Source: Narcine bancroftii (lineage: Eukaryota). From it: DNA of 64,000 nucleotides. The notes beneath the pieces were generated by a model, which did not search any database, was not told where the DNA came from, and worked only from the letters and a program-made list of their open reading frames with translations. The stretch lies in assembly GCF_036971445.1 (NCBI RefSeq), contig NC_091480.1, positions 62,372,001 through 62,436,000 on the forward strand, given 5' to 3'. Shown here piece after piece: positions 22,244-34,499 of this stretch; position 1 is the stretch's first letter; each line of letters starts with the position of its first letter. Made by a program: the position numbers and the translations under genes.

Positions 22244-25200
22244 TTGATCTGCCTCAATGACTACTGCCCAGTAGCACTCACTTCTACTGTGATAAAATGC
22301 TTCAAGAGGCTGGTCATGGCTAGAATTAACACATACCTAAGTAAAGATCTGGACACATTGAAATTTGTCTACCGTCATAATCGCTCCACAGCAGATGGAA
22401 TATCATTGCCTCTCCACTCAGCTCTGGACCACCTTGAAAACAGCAATTCATACATACAGCTCCTCTTCATAGACTACAGCTCAGCCTTCAACACCATTAT
22501 TCCCTCAGTGCTAATCAAGAAGATACAAACTCTGGGCCTCTGTACCCCCCTCTGCAAATGGATCCTTGACTTTCTCATTGGAAGACCACAGTCAGCATGA
22601 ATTGGAAACAACGTCTCCTCCTCACTGATCATCAACACAGGACAAAGACCCACGCAATATATATAAATCAAATTATATCTTCTTTTGCTCTGGAAGATTG
22701 AGGAGGACCCGGCCAGATGGAAAACTCTGCCCATAATGTGGTGGGCAGAGTTAACTGTGTAAAAATGAAGGTGATGCCAAGACTACTATATCTTTTTCAA
22801 ATGCTGCCAATTTCATTGCCCCAGTGCTTCTTTAAAATGTTCAATGGATGTGTCAGAAACTTTTTTGTGGAATGGCAAGGTGTCTAGAGTCTCCATGGAA
22901 AAGTTGACATGGGAATATAAATTGGTGGGGCTTAAAACTTCCAGATTTTAACAAATACTATTGGGAGTCCCAGGCAAGGTTTGTTGCCTCATTTTTTGAG
23001 GTGTCTCCCTTTTTGGGTACATATCAGGTCACATGTAGTAGGAGAAAAGATAGCAGGAGAATTTATATACAAATGAGATGCCAAATCAGTTTAAATAAAA
23101 ACAGATAAACCCATTATAAACATGTGTGCCAGACATGGCAAAGAATAAATTGATGTACTGGATTGAAGGTGGGGTTATCTCCTAAAATGGCCTTGACCCA
23201 GAACAATTGAATACCTATGACTCTGAGCATTAAGATCCTGGACACCTGGGTGCCGGAAGGGGATCAGGTGAATCGAGGATTGTTACAATCAAGGGCAGCT
23301 CATGTCATTCGAGCAATTAAGGACTAAATATAAGTTATCGAATAAAACATTCTTCTGCTTTCTGCAAATAAGGTCTTTCCTAAGGGATAAACTGGGACCA
23401 ACAAAGACTCTGCCTGACTTGGAGACTCTAATTCAAAAGGGGATTGTGTGTAAATTTATTTCTAGGATGTATTCCATAATCCAAATTCGAAAGCCCGAAC
23501 CCGGGCCTACTTCGGTCAAGGGAAAGATGGGAGTCGGACTTGGGCATCACAATTGATGAACGATGGTGGGATGATTTGTGTTTGAATAGCCTGACAGGAA
23601 TTATTAATGCCAGACACATAAATGTGCAATATAATTCCTTTCATCAGCTATACCTCACACCAATAAAAATGACGCAAGTCAAAGCCGGAAATCTCGGAAA
23701 TGTGTTTTAGGTGCAGTGTGGAGATTGGAACCTTTGTCCACTCCATTTGGGTGTGTACAAGGGTGAGACCCTTCTGGGAAGACCTATGGGACACTCTGAA
23801 AAAAATTACAAAGGTGAGTTTTTCACAGGATCCGGAGTTGTACCTTCTAGGGGACATTGAAGAAGTATAGTTTAGACTGGCCAAACACCAAATTCAGTTT
23901 GTGAAGGTCATCTTGTCAGTAGACAGGAAATGTATAGCGGTTACGTGGAAGTACGACTCCTAGCTGAATATTGCACAATGGAATATGGAAATCCAGAGTT
24001 GCATTCCCCTGGACAAAATCACCTACAATTTGCGGAAGAGATATGGCACATTCGTTGAAGTGTGGGAACTGTATCTGAGGCACATCGGTCAGTGCACAGG
24101 TATAATTTACAACCCCTCCCCCCCCACCCCCCCCCCCCCCACCGGATAAGAGAAAAAAAACAACAATCAATCCCAGCAGGTAAAGGATTAAGAATATGAA
24201 ATGGGGAATATGGCGCAGATGACGTGTGCTTTTGCCCCTATCTGTTTTTATTTAATATCCAAGGTCCTCTAGCTTCACGGAGGATCGTTTTCTTTGTTGG
24301 TATTTTGGTGATTTTTGTTTGCCTGTATTTTTGTATTTTTATATTTTGGTATTTGTACAATTTAAGGGATAGGGAGGGGAGAGTGTAAGGAGGGGGAAAT
24401 AAGAACTCTAAATCATATTACGTGGAAAGAGAGTGTGAAGTTCTATTTATTGAATTTGCATGAGTCTTTGGAAAATCAAAACTAAAATATTTTTAAAAAA
24501 CCACAGATGCACTCCAAGGATGCGTACTTAGCCCACTGCTCTACTCATTATACACCCATGACTGTGTGGCCAGGCACAATTCCAATGCCATCTACAAGTT
24601 TGCCAATGACACCACTGTTGTCGGCAGAATCACAAACGTCAACGAGGAAGTGTAGAGGAGGGAGATAGATCAGCTCGTTGAATGGTGTAACTACAACAAC
24701 AACCTTGCGCTCAGTGTCAGCAAAACCAAGGAAATGATTGTGGACTTCAGGAGGAGATCAGGGGAACATGACCCAGTCCTCATCAAGGGCTCAGTAGTGG
24801 AGAGGGTTAAGAGCTTCCAAATTCCTGGGTGCCAACATCTCCGAGGATCTGTCCTGGAGCCTCCATGTTGATGCAATCACAAAGAAGGCTCACCAGCGGC
24901 TATACTTTGTGAGGTATCTGAGATTCGGTATGTCACCGAAGACTTGTAAACTTCTACAGGTGTACGATGGAGAACATTCTGGCTGGTTGCATCACTGTCT
25001 GGTATGGAGACGCCAACTCTCAGGACAAGAATAAACTCCAGAGGGTTGTTAACTCGGCCTGCGACATCACAGGCACCAGACTTCACTCCATCGAGGACAT
25101 CGACATGAAGTGGTGTCTTAAAAAACCAGCCTCTATCTTCGAAGACCCCCCACCACCCAGGCCATGCCCTCTTCACTCTGCTACCATCGGGCAAAAGGTA

Positions 25201-25430
25201 CAGGAACCTGAAGACGAGCACAAGGACAGCTTCTTCCCCGCTGCCATCAGATTCCTGAATAATCAATGAACCACAGACACGGCCGCAATTTTTGTCCACT
25301 ATCATTGCTATTATTATTTTACTTTTTATAGTAATGTCGTAAGATGGTTATAATCTGAACGTTTGCCCTGTGACGCTGCTGCAAAACACCAAATTTCATG
25401 ACTTGTTCATGACAATAAATCCTAATTCTA
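22244..25430 (+). mobile_element. Rex1/Babar-type LINE split by an L1 insertion
   Basis: 22244..22600 reads [26 protein letters not shown]; the RT resumes at ~24500 (PQGCVLSPLL) and runs to a 3' tail near 25430. Confidence 0.85.
22642..24500 (+). mobile_element. L1-clade LINE, 3' ~1.9 kb
   Basis: RVNCVKMKVMPRLLYLFQMLP, QYNSFHQLYLTP and C-terminal CFRC...H..W.C...PFW, followed by a 3' UTR and A-rich tail; imperfect (a)CACAG target duplication. Confidence 0.85.
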
Positions 25431-25649
25431 ATATAGCACCTCAGGACATCCAAAAGCTCTCTCTCCATTTATTGTATAGTTGGAATGTTTAAAACACCAA
25501 AGTAAAATTGGGAATAAATGGTTGGCAGGCTGTGACCAGGAATGGTACTTGGTTTCCACTCATCACAATCTAGGACTGAGATGAGGTAAAATTTCTTCAC
25601 TCAGCTTGACATCTGAATTTAGGAAGAGGCACCAAACTGGATATAACTG

Positions 25650-26055
25650 TTTACATATAACCGTTTATAGCGTGAAAACAGGCTATGTTGGCCCTTCGAG
25701 TCCGTGCCAGTTCACTTGAACAACTCCACTAGCTCCCCCCTCCCGCTCTCCGTCCATAACCCTCCAACCCCCTCACATCCATGTACTCATCCAACCTTCT
25801 CTTAAATGACAGAAGGGACCCTGCCCCAACTATCTCTTCTGGAAGATCATTCCATTCTGCCACCACTCGCTGAGTGAAGAAGCATCCTCTAACATTTCTC
25901 CTAAAGTTTTGCCCCCTTACCCTTAACATGCCCTCTTGTTACAACCTCCCCTGCCCTCAGGGGAAAGAGTCTATTTACGCCTAGTCTATCTATTCCCTTC
26001 ATAATTTTAAATACCTCTATCAAATCCCCTCTCACCCATCTATGTTCCAATGATA
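25650..26055 (-). mobile_element. CR1 3' end
   Basis: RGDLIEVFKIMKG..FFTQRVVAEWNDLP..FKRRLD. Confidence 0.85.
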
Positions 26056-26512
26056 CAAACTGGTGATAGTACAAATGATACAAATCTTGCTGAGATTTTG
26101 AGTAGGGACAGGAACATCAAAAGGCTTCAATGAAATATAGGCAAGCTGAGTGAATGGATGTAAGCATAGACAAGTACCAGTGATTAGGAAAATGCTGATG
26201 TTCAGAGGGGCTTGGGTGTCCTTGTTCACTTGTCACTGAACGCAAACACAATGACAATTAACAGTTTTCGCACATGTTATGGTGACCTTCATTGCAAGAG
26301 GTTTTGAGTGCAGGAGTAATGATATCTTGCTACAATTAAACAGAGCTTTTGAACACAGAATATTACAGCACAGAACAGACCCTTTGACCCACAATGTTGT
26401 ACTGATCTCCATGAACATTCTCCACAACAATCTAACATTTCCAAACCACACACTCATAACTCTATGGTTTTCTTACATCCATGTGCCTCTTTAAGTGTGG
26501 TGAAACCACTAT

Positions 26513-28285
26513 TGTACATATTCATTATATATGTAAATTACATGACCTTTCCCGGTTGACCCTGCTCTCACTGTCCAGCTTGTGACTCCTTCCTTTTCTT
26601 CCCCATAAAGGCTGTCATGCCACAAGCCTGCCCCCAGTTCGAGTCCACGCTCCAGATCTTCCCTCCACCCGTTTGCCAATTTCACCCCTTATTGTAAGGC
26701 CGTCACCACTAAAAGTCCCCTTTGGAGTCACGAATGGAGTCTCAGTCTTTCAGAGGGAGATGGATTGGATGGTGGACAAACTCAGGCTGCGGGCCACTTT
26801 CCCATACCTCGACAATGTCACTATTTGTGGCCATGATCAGCAGGACCATGATAGGAACCTCTAGAAATTCCTCCACTCTGTGAAACGCCTCAATTTGACG
26901 TATAACACAGGGAAGTGCATCTTCAACACATGTTGCCTGGCTATACTAGGCTGCATTACAGAGAATGGAGTCATCAATCCCAACCCCGACCGCATGCGCC
27001 TCCTGTTAGAACTTCCTCCACTCCCCCACTGCCTCAAAGCCCTGAAACGGTGTCTGGGGTTTTTCTCTTATTATGCTCAGTGGGTCCCCAGCTACGCAGA
27101 GCAGGCCCGACCCCTCTCATCAGGGCCACTATTTTCCCCCCGTCGGCAGACGTTCGTGAGGAATTCGACCGGATCAAAGCCGGCATGCATGTTGTGGACG
27201 AGTCCATCCTGTTCCAGTTGGAAAATGATGCATCAGATTTTGCCCTGTTGCTACACTTAACCAGGCAGGCAGGTCCATAGCGTTTTTTTCGCATAACCTC
27301 TAGGGCCCTGAGAAAGAGGCCCAGGCTATCATTGAAGTGGTAGGGCACTGGAGACATTATCTCATTAGAAGGCATTTTACCCTGCTGACTGACCAACGGG
27401 CAGTTGCCTTTGTGCTTAATAATCAGCAGTGGGGTAAAATCAAAAATGATAAAATTCTGAGGTGGAGAATCGAGCTCTCCACCTAAAATTATGACATAGT
27501 GTACTGGCCCTGAAAGCTCAACAAGCCTTCGGATGGCCTGTCTTGGGGAACTTTGCGCCAGTGCGCAGATAGATCGACTGCAGGCATTGCATGTCGACCT
27601 CTGCAACCCAGGGATCATCCGTTTGTTTCATTTCATCAAGCCCCATGACCTCCCTTACTCCATCGAGGACATCAGGATGCTAATCAAAAATTGCCGGGAC
27701 TGCACGGAAAGCAAACTGTGCTTCTACCAGCCCAACCGGTCACACCTGATCAAAGCCACTCACCCCTTTGAATGTCTAAGAATGGACTCCAAGGGATCCT
27801 TACCCTCCATGAACCGCAACGTTTACTTCATCAACATCAACGATGAGTACTCGCGGTTCCCCTTTGCTATCCCCTGCTCAGACATGACTGCAGCTACCAT
27901 CATAAAGGCCCTGAACAACCTGTTCACTATTTTCAGATACCCCTACTATGACCATAGAAACAGGGGTTCATCCTTCATGAGCGACAAGCTGCGGCAGTAT
28001 TTGCTATCCAAGGGCATTGCCTCTAGCCAAACCACCAGCTATAACCCCAAAGGGAATAGCCACGTGGAGCAGGAGAATGGCATGGTCTGGAAGGCAGTAC
28101 TACTGGCTTTAAAGTCCAAGGGCCTCCCCATCCCCCACTGGCAAGAGGACCTCCCAGAGGCACTCCACACTATCCGGTCCCTCCTGTGTACGGCCACCAA
28201 CGAGACACCTCATTCCCCAGGAAATCGGCATCCGGAACCACATTACCTACCTGGCTGATGTTTCCCGGGCATCCTACTCCTGTGG
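26513..28285 (+). mobile_element. Ty3/Gypsy LTR-retrotransposon remnant (partial LTR-like segment plus disrupted RT-RNase H-integrase)
   Basis: PFGVTNGVSVFQR..FPYLDNVTICG (RT), LENDASD (RNase H) and ORF 27533..28258 with a zinc-finger remnant and integrase core (DEYSRFPFA..NRGSSF..YNPKGNSHVEQENG); in-frame stops; gag not seen. Confidence 0.88.
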
Positions 28286-28286
28286 T

Positions 28287-28985
28287 GACATGTCTGTCCA
28301 TGGGCTCATGTACTGTCAAACCAAGACCACCCGTAAATTGGAGGAGCAACACCTAATTTTCCATCTGGGTACTCTCCAACGGATGGCATTAGCATCGACC
28401 TCTCCAGTTTCTGCCAGCCCACTCCCCATTCTCCCTCCCTTCCCCATCCCTCTGACTTCTTCCCTCCAGCTCTCCACCCCTATCCCTCTCCATTCACAGA
28501 GCCACCCCCCCTCCCCCTGTTTGCTGGTGGGCCCTCCCTCCCTTATCCACCTATTACCTCCTGCCAGTAGGGCTGTGCTTCTCCCCCTGCCCCTCCCCTC
28601 CACCATTTTATTTGGGTGGCTGGCTACATTTTTCTCATCCATTGATGAAGGGCTCAAGTCCGAAACGTTGGTTATGTATCTGTATCTTTGCTACATAAAG
28701 GACATTGTCTGACCTTCTTCAGGTAATACAACGGAGATGGAGGAATTGAAAGGAATAGAATCCTTGCCGGGGACTGGGTGTGAAGAAGTGTAGTCGAGGT
28801 AGTTATGGGAGTTGATAGGTTTGTTAAAAAACATTTGCTCATACCTTGATGAGGGCTTAAGCCCGAAACATTGGTTATATATCTTTATCTTTGCTATATA
28901 AAGTACATTATTTGACCAGCTGAATTTCTCCACCTTTGTATTTTTACTTCAACCATGGGGTCTGCAGACTTTTGTTTTTAACCTG
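28287..28985 (+). mobile_element. Penelope-like element 3' end with two pLTR tails and an inverted RT fragment
   Basis: KLEEQHLIFHLGTLQ (C-terminus of the GIY-YIG region); inverted KPINSHNYLDYTSSHP; tails with TTGATGA..GGGCT.AAG.CCGAAAC at 28642 and 28846. Confidence 0.75.
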
Positions 28986-29793
28986 GTCTCCATTTATACT
29001 CCATTGTCATTTTCCCTTCTCTATTCCTCTGGTTCACCCCTCCCACCATGTCCCCATTACATTGGCTTCTCTTCCCATTCATTCCCAGTCTTGATTAAAG
29101 GTTTCCATCCGAAACATTGACCATTCCTTTTCTCCCACTAATGTTGCTTGACCTGAGTTCCTCATGTGTTCAAAAGGTGTACGTTCCAACTTACACAGTG
29201 GGAAACCTTCATCTCTTTAGAGTGAGCGGAGTTGTTCACGGAGTCCTGAGATGCTGCTTTGTAACTGGCCACTGCAACGCACCTGGATCTGTCTGCTCAT
29301 TGATTCTACCCTGTGTGTGATGGTGGAGGGTAGGGTCGGGGGAGCCAAGAGGGCATGGGGATGGTAAGAAGGGGCTCAACACCTCCTCATGATGCCTAAT
29401 CATATATGGAACTGCATCTCACTACCATTTGAGGCTCATGGGGATTCGGGCACTGTAATGCTCAATTCCTGGAAGCCCATTTTGTTGCATCAAAGAAGCA
29501 AAGGAAATCCCTGTCCAGTCTGTTTATAATTAAATTCTTCCAAAAGAACATCTCTGGAAACATCTGATGATAGGTCTGAGAGGAGAAATCCCAGTTTTAA
29601 ATGAAAAACTAGATTCTCTTGATGCAGGGCCAAGCTTAATGGAACGCCCAGGGAGTCGTCCAAGAGCTGCATCTGCACTGTCTACATACCATCATTTAAG
29701 TACATCAAAAAAATGTACTGCATTCATCAAAGCAGATGCTAAAATATTTTTACCATGTTTCCTTAAACAAAGCCAAAAGATGTTTTCAGACAC

Positions 29794-30840
29794 TGTGTGG
29801 ATATCAACTCACAAGCTGGGTATTTGAAGTATTGTTTTCTACGGACCATAAGCAATTGTCTGCTGCCTGAATCACAATTCACACCAAGGGCAATACCAGG
29901 ACAGAGTGGCTATATCCAACAATAATATAACACCTAATCTATTTACACTTATCTAAACTTAACTAACCTTATCTACACGTGTCTAACTTAACCCTCAACT
30001 ATGTGCGAATTTACTAGTGTTGCGTGAAATACCCCAAGTCACTGCAGCTCAAGGCTAAGTTCTTGAAAGGCAGTTCCAAGTTCAGAAAATCCCAATGTTG
30101 ACACATAGGCTTTAAATTGATGCAACACACAGACTTTAGATGGATCAGACACGCAGGCCTTAGGTGGATGCGACACGCAGGCCTTAGATGGATGCGACAT
30201 GCAGGCCTTAGATGAAATTAGCAGTTCTTGAAGTGGGTGAAAGAAACTGGGGATAACAGAATGTTGATTAACTCACAAAACCCTTTTTGAGGTGCTTTCA
30301 ACGAAATGTCCTTTTTGGACGAGTGCCAACCAAAACTCCCCTCTTCTTTGGCGGAGGGGACATGAAGCAAGTGATGGTCACAAAGCTTCCAGAACCCTTT
30401 TCGTGAATCAGCCGCTCAAGTGACTCTCACCATCCAAGCGCACTATTTCTTCTGCAAGTAGAACCCTTTTTGTGGGTCAGTCAAACAAAAGTGACCTTCG
30501 CTCTTTTGGTCTTCTCATTCCTCTATAACAGACAGGAGGAAATCAGACAGATTGTCTATAATCATGTAAGAGACCAATCCAGCACAGAATTTCTTCTGCA
30601 GAGAGCTGTTTGCTCCTGTGCTGACTCCTTAAAATGGCCCCCGATCAAAGCTATGCACTGCTTCTTCAATATGCTGGTCACATAGACTCTGCATCTGGGA
30701 TTTCTAGGGCTTCTCTCCTCACTCTGCAAATGTATCCATTTAGGAATATGCTGTTTTCAAAGCCTGTTGCCAGTTCACAGTCACTTTCCAAAACCTGCAA
30801 GCTTTTGTTAAATTTGATCTCTTAAAGTGGCAGTCCCACA
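29794..30840. mobile_element. Putative solo-LTR-like segment with an internal 24-bp tandem repeat
   Basis: Bounded by TGTG...CACA; about 4-5 copies of GACACGCAGGCCTTAGATGGATGC at ~30100-30214; no TSD found. Confidence 0.35.
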
Positions 30841-30879
30841 TAAATGTAAATGAACTGAAAAATAGGAACACATCAAAGC

Positions 30880-31875
30880 GGATGATATAAAAGTTGAAGC
30901 CATTGTGGACAGCATAGATGGCAGTCTCCTAGGTTACAACAGGATATAGACAGGATGTAGAGTTAGACGGAGAAGTAGCAGATGGAGTTCAATCCAGTGA
31001 AGTGATGCACTTTGGAAGGTTGAACTTGAAGGCAGGGTAAGTGGTTGATGGCAGGATTCTTAACAGTGTACAGAAACAGAGGATTCTTGGAGTCCAGGAC
31101 TATTGATTTTCAAGGTTGCTGTGCAAGTTGGTAGGTGGATAAGAAAGCATATTGTATGCTGGCCTTCATTTTTCAGGAGGATTGAGTTCAAGAGCCATGT
31201 TGCATGTGTATAAAACTCTGGTTAGACTGCACTTGGAGTACTGGGCTCAGTTCTGGTCACCTCATTATAGGAAGGATTATGGAAGCTTTGAAGAGGTTGC
31301 AGAGATTTACCAGGATGTTGCCTGGATTGGAGAACGTGTCCTTTGAAGAAATGCTGAGTAAACTCATTATAGGAAGGATATGGAAGCTTTGAAGAGGATG
31401 CAGAGATTTACCAGGATGTTGCCTGGATTGGAGAATGTGTCTTTTGAATAAATCATATAACCATATATAATCATATAACCATTTCAGCACAGAAACAGGC
31501 CAGTTTGGCCCTACTAGTCCATGCCGAACATCATCTCCCACCTGGTCCCACTGACCCGCACCCAGCCCATAACCCTCCACACCTCTCCCATCCATATACC
31601 TATCCAACCGATCCTTGAATATTAACATCGATCTCGCTTCTACCACCTCTGCCGGAAGTTCATTCCATACCCCCACCACCCTCTGCGTGAAGAAATTTCC
31701 CCTTATGTTTCCCTTAAACTTTTCCCCTTTTACTCTCAATCCATGCCCTCTTGTTTGAATCTCCCCAACTCTCAAAGGAAAAAGCCTATCCACATTGACT
31801 CTATCCGTCCCCCTTATAATTTTGAATACCTCTATCAAATCACTCCTCATCTTCTATGCTCCAGAGAATAAAGTC
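30880..31875. mobile_element. Plus-strand CR1 fragment (with a ~100-bp local duplication) abutting a minus-strand CR1 3' end
   Basis: YKTLVRLHLEYWAQFWSPHYRKD on plus; CTCATTATAGGAAGGA... duplicated at 31261 and 31363; ORF 31257..31850(-) is a CR1 C-terminus. Confidence 0.85.
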
Positions 31876-32539
31876 CATGGATTTTTTCAGTACTTTAAAT
31901 AAAATATTCCACTCTACTATATTGACTGCTTTTTCAGCTTATGAATAAAAATTGATAAAAGGAAAAATAGTAGGGATTAAATAACTGGTATGGATTTGAT
32001 GGGCCAAATGTAAGAAAATATGAAATCCCTCAAAAGCACCGATGGAAAAAGACTTCCCAGTTTCAGTGATCTCCTGCAGCTGACATCAATGCAACAACAC
32101 TCAATATTAAATATACTCCATTTTAGGTGCAGCATCATTTCATAACATAAGAAATAAGAGCCTCCAGTGCCATAGCAGATCTGACCATGAATTCAACTCC
32201 CCGTCACTTTTAATTCTATTACAATGTCAAATTCTATCCCACTGGATCAAAATGAGGCGATCCTATGAATTGGTATTGGTCAGGCAGTGTCTGCAGCTTC
32301 CACAGGCAGGTAATTCCACAGATTCATTAGGTGTTTACACACCGCAGGTGAGCAATGACCCTACTTTGTCACAGGAAAAGTATCAAGAATTCAGGATCAA
32401 CTGGGCCTTTCACACCATAATCCAAATTTCTGGGAATTTACCCTCCTTGGCTATTTAGGGAGAATCCCACCCCAAACTGATGACACATTACGCACTCACA
32501 GGAGAAAATTCCACTTTGTCTGTCGCCCACACCCCCCCC

Positions 32540-32668
32540 CCCCCGTTCCCCTCGGTAGGTCAGTGGCCCGCCTCCCCCCTTCACCTCGGTTGGTCAGTGG
32601 CCAGCCTCCCCCCTTCCCCTCGGTTGGTCAGTGGCCAGCCTCCCCCCTTCCCATCGGTTGGTCAGTGG
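32540..32668. repeat. 33-34-bp GC-rich minisatellite, 4 copies
   Basis: Unit CCCCCTTCCCCTCGGTTGGTCAGTGGCCAGCCT. Confidence 0.9.
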
Positions 32669-33344
32669 TGTTGAGTAAACTAGGATTTTTCTCTATTGAC
32701 CGAAGATGAGAAACGACTCTGTGAGAGGCATAGACAGGGTGGACAGCCACCTTTTTCATAGGGTGCCAACGGCCAATACCAGATGACATCTGTTTAAGGT
32801 GAATGTAGGAAAGTTTTGGGGAAATGTCAAGGGTAAGCTTTTTTTTACACTGTGGTTGTTACCTAGAATGCAGTTAGGGGTGATGGTGGAGGCTGCAACA
32901 GGGACATTCAAAAAACTCTTAGACAGGCACATGGATGTAAGGAAAATAGAAGATTATGGGTGTGAGGGAGGGAAGGGGTAGATTGATGCTGGAATAGGTT
33001 TATGTAGGTTGCTTGTTCTGTGGTGTAATTTTCTATGTCTCACAACCACTCAGCAAGGACAAGTCTGATGCAAGAAGGAAGTCTGGGGAAATGTGCAAGC
33101 AAAGCAAGTGGAATGAGCTCCAGTCTCCTGGGAGCCACTGTGGGAAGGTTACTGCTCATACATTAGGCTCATATCTCAAGTACCTCTGCCTGACTGACAT
33201 CATCAATGATGTTAGAAGTCCGCAAACTTGCAATATCAAAGCTCACACTGAGTTAAAGACGATTACTTGGTAAATATGACTCTTTAGTGAAATATTAGCA
33301 TAAATAGAGGAATGGTTAAAAGACAATATGTGTAAACAGATCAT

Positions 33345-33540
33345 TTTATCATTGGTGGGCTTCAGTTCCCCATCCCATTCTCTTGCTGACATGTCTGTCC
33401 GTGGTCTCATGCACTGCCAGACTGAGACCACATACAAATTGGAGGAACAACACCTCATCTTCTGACTGGGCACCCTCCAACCGGATAGCACGAACATCAA
33501 CATCTCTGGTTTCCATTACTCCTCCTTCCATATTTTTCCC
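33345..33540 (+). mobile_element. Penelope-like 3' fragment
   Basis: Homologous to 28290-28410 (ATGTCTGTCCGTGGTCTCATG...AAATTGGAGGAACAACACCTC). Confidence 0.75.
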
Positions 33541-33547
33541 TATAGCC

Positions 33548-33675
33548 CAGTGGTTCTCAACCTTTTTCTTTCCACTCACATCCCACCTTAAGCAATTCCT
33601 TACTAATCACAGAGCACCAATGGCATAGGGATTACTTAAAGTGGGATGTGAGTGGAAAAAGGTTGAGAACCACTG
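33548..33675. mobile_element. Short hAT-type MITE
   Basis: CAGTGGTTCTCAACC...GGTTGAGAACCACTG; TSD CTATAGCC/CCATAGCC (7 of 8 match). Confidence 0.88.
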
Positions 33676-33680
33676 CCATA

Positions 33681-34045
33681 GCCCCATTCACGCTAGCACT
33701 TCAAACCAGTAATTAACTGCCAATCTACCACTTAATGTGCCAGTGTGAACGCTCGCGAACTGGCACAGAGGGGTCAGATCGCCTCGGGGATGAGCCACCT
33801 AGGGAGGGTGTATGATTGGCGATTCATTTTGAATCAGCATACCGTTTACCCCAGTGTGAATGGGATGGGGGTATGTAGGATGTCACCACTAGAGGATAGG
33901 TGCCCCTTTGCTCTGGGATGCCAGGTGATGAGTGTGAAAGGGCGCAGAGAACCAGTTAACACTGGTCCAGTGTGAATGACAAAAATGCTATTTTGAACCG
34001 GTTCGTTGAACTGTCAATTTACTGGTTAGCCAATGTGAAAAGAGT
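33681..34045. mobile_element. Harbinger-like non-autonomous element
   Basis: Degenerate TIRs GCCCCATTCACGCTAGC and GCCAATGTGAAAAGAGT; internal CAGTGTGAA repeats. Confidence 0.5.
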
Positions 34046-34499
34046 ATTCCTTTAGCTCTGGCTCTCTTTTCTCTCGGCCTCCATTCGCAGAGCCCAAAAC
34101 TGCCCTCCTTCCCCTATCATTTCTCACCTTTCCTTTCTCCTGTCCTAACATTTCTCTTCTCCCAGCCATTTCTGTGTTTTTATCTATTTAGGCTGTTTAT
34201 TCGAGGTAATGTTGACTAAGGACATATTTCATTGATACATTTTCTCCTGCAGATGGACCAAGATGATTGAGGCGTCCAGTTTCATGCCAAAGGCTTGCCC
34301 TGTGGCCATACAAGTCGGTGACCTTAGGGCAACACGTGGTTTAATTAAATTAAACCTGTGGCCAATCTTCCGAAATTTATAATAAGGTATGCTGATTTAT
34401 AATGAGTTGCCTTTACCTGACACTTCTAAGATGGAAAAACATTCAAAGACACTTCATTTTGAGGAATACAAATCGTTCGGGTTAAAGTGTTTCCTGTTT

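Noticed and set aside
29490-29827. Overlapping short ORFs in unique sequence as exons
   Set aside because: No recognisable homology or convincing splice-site pair.
31261-31448. Local direct duplications (also 40341-40437, 61357-61398, 13364-13397)
   Set aside because: Ordinary slippage-type duplications within dead retroelements, with no sign of function.
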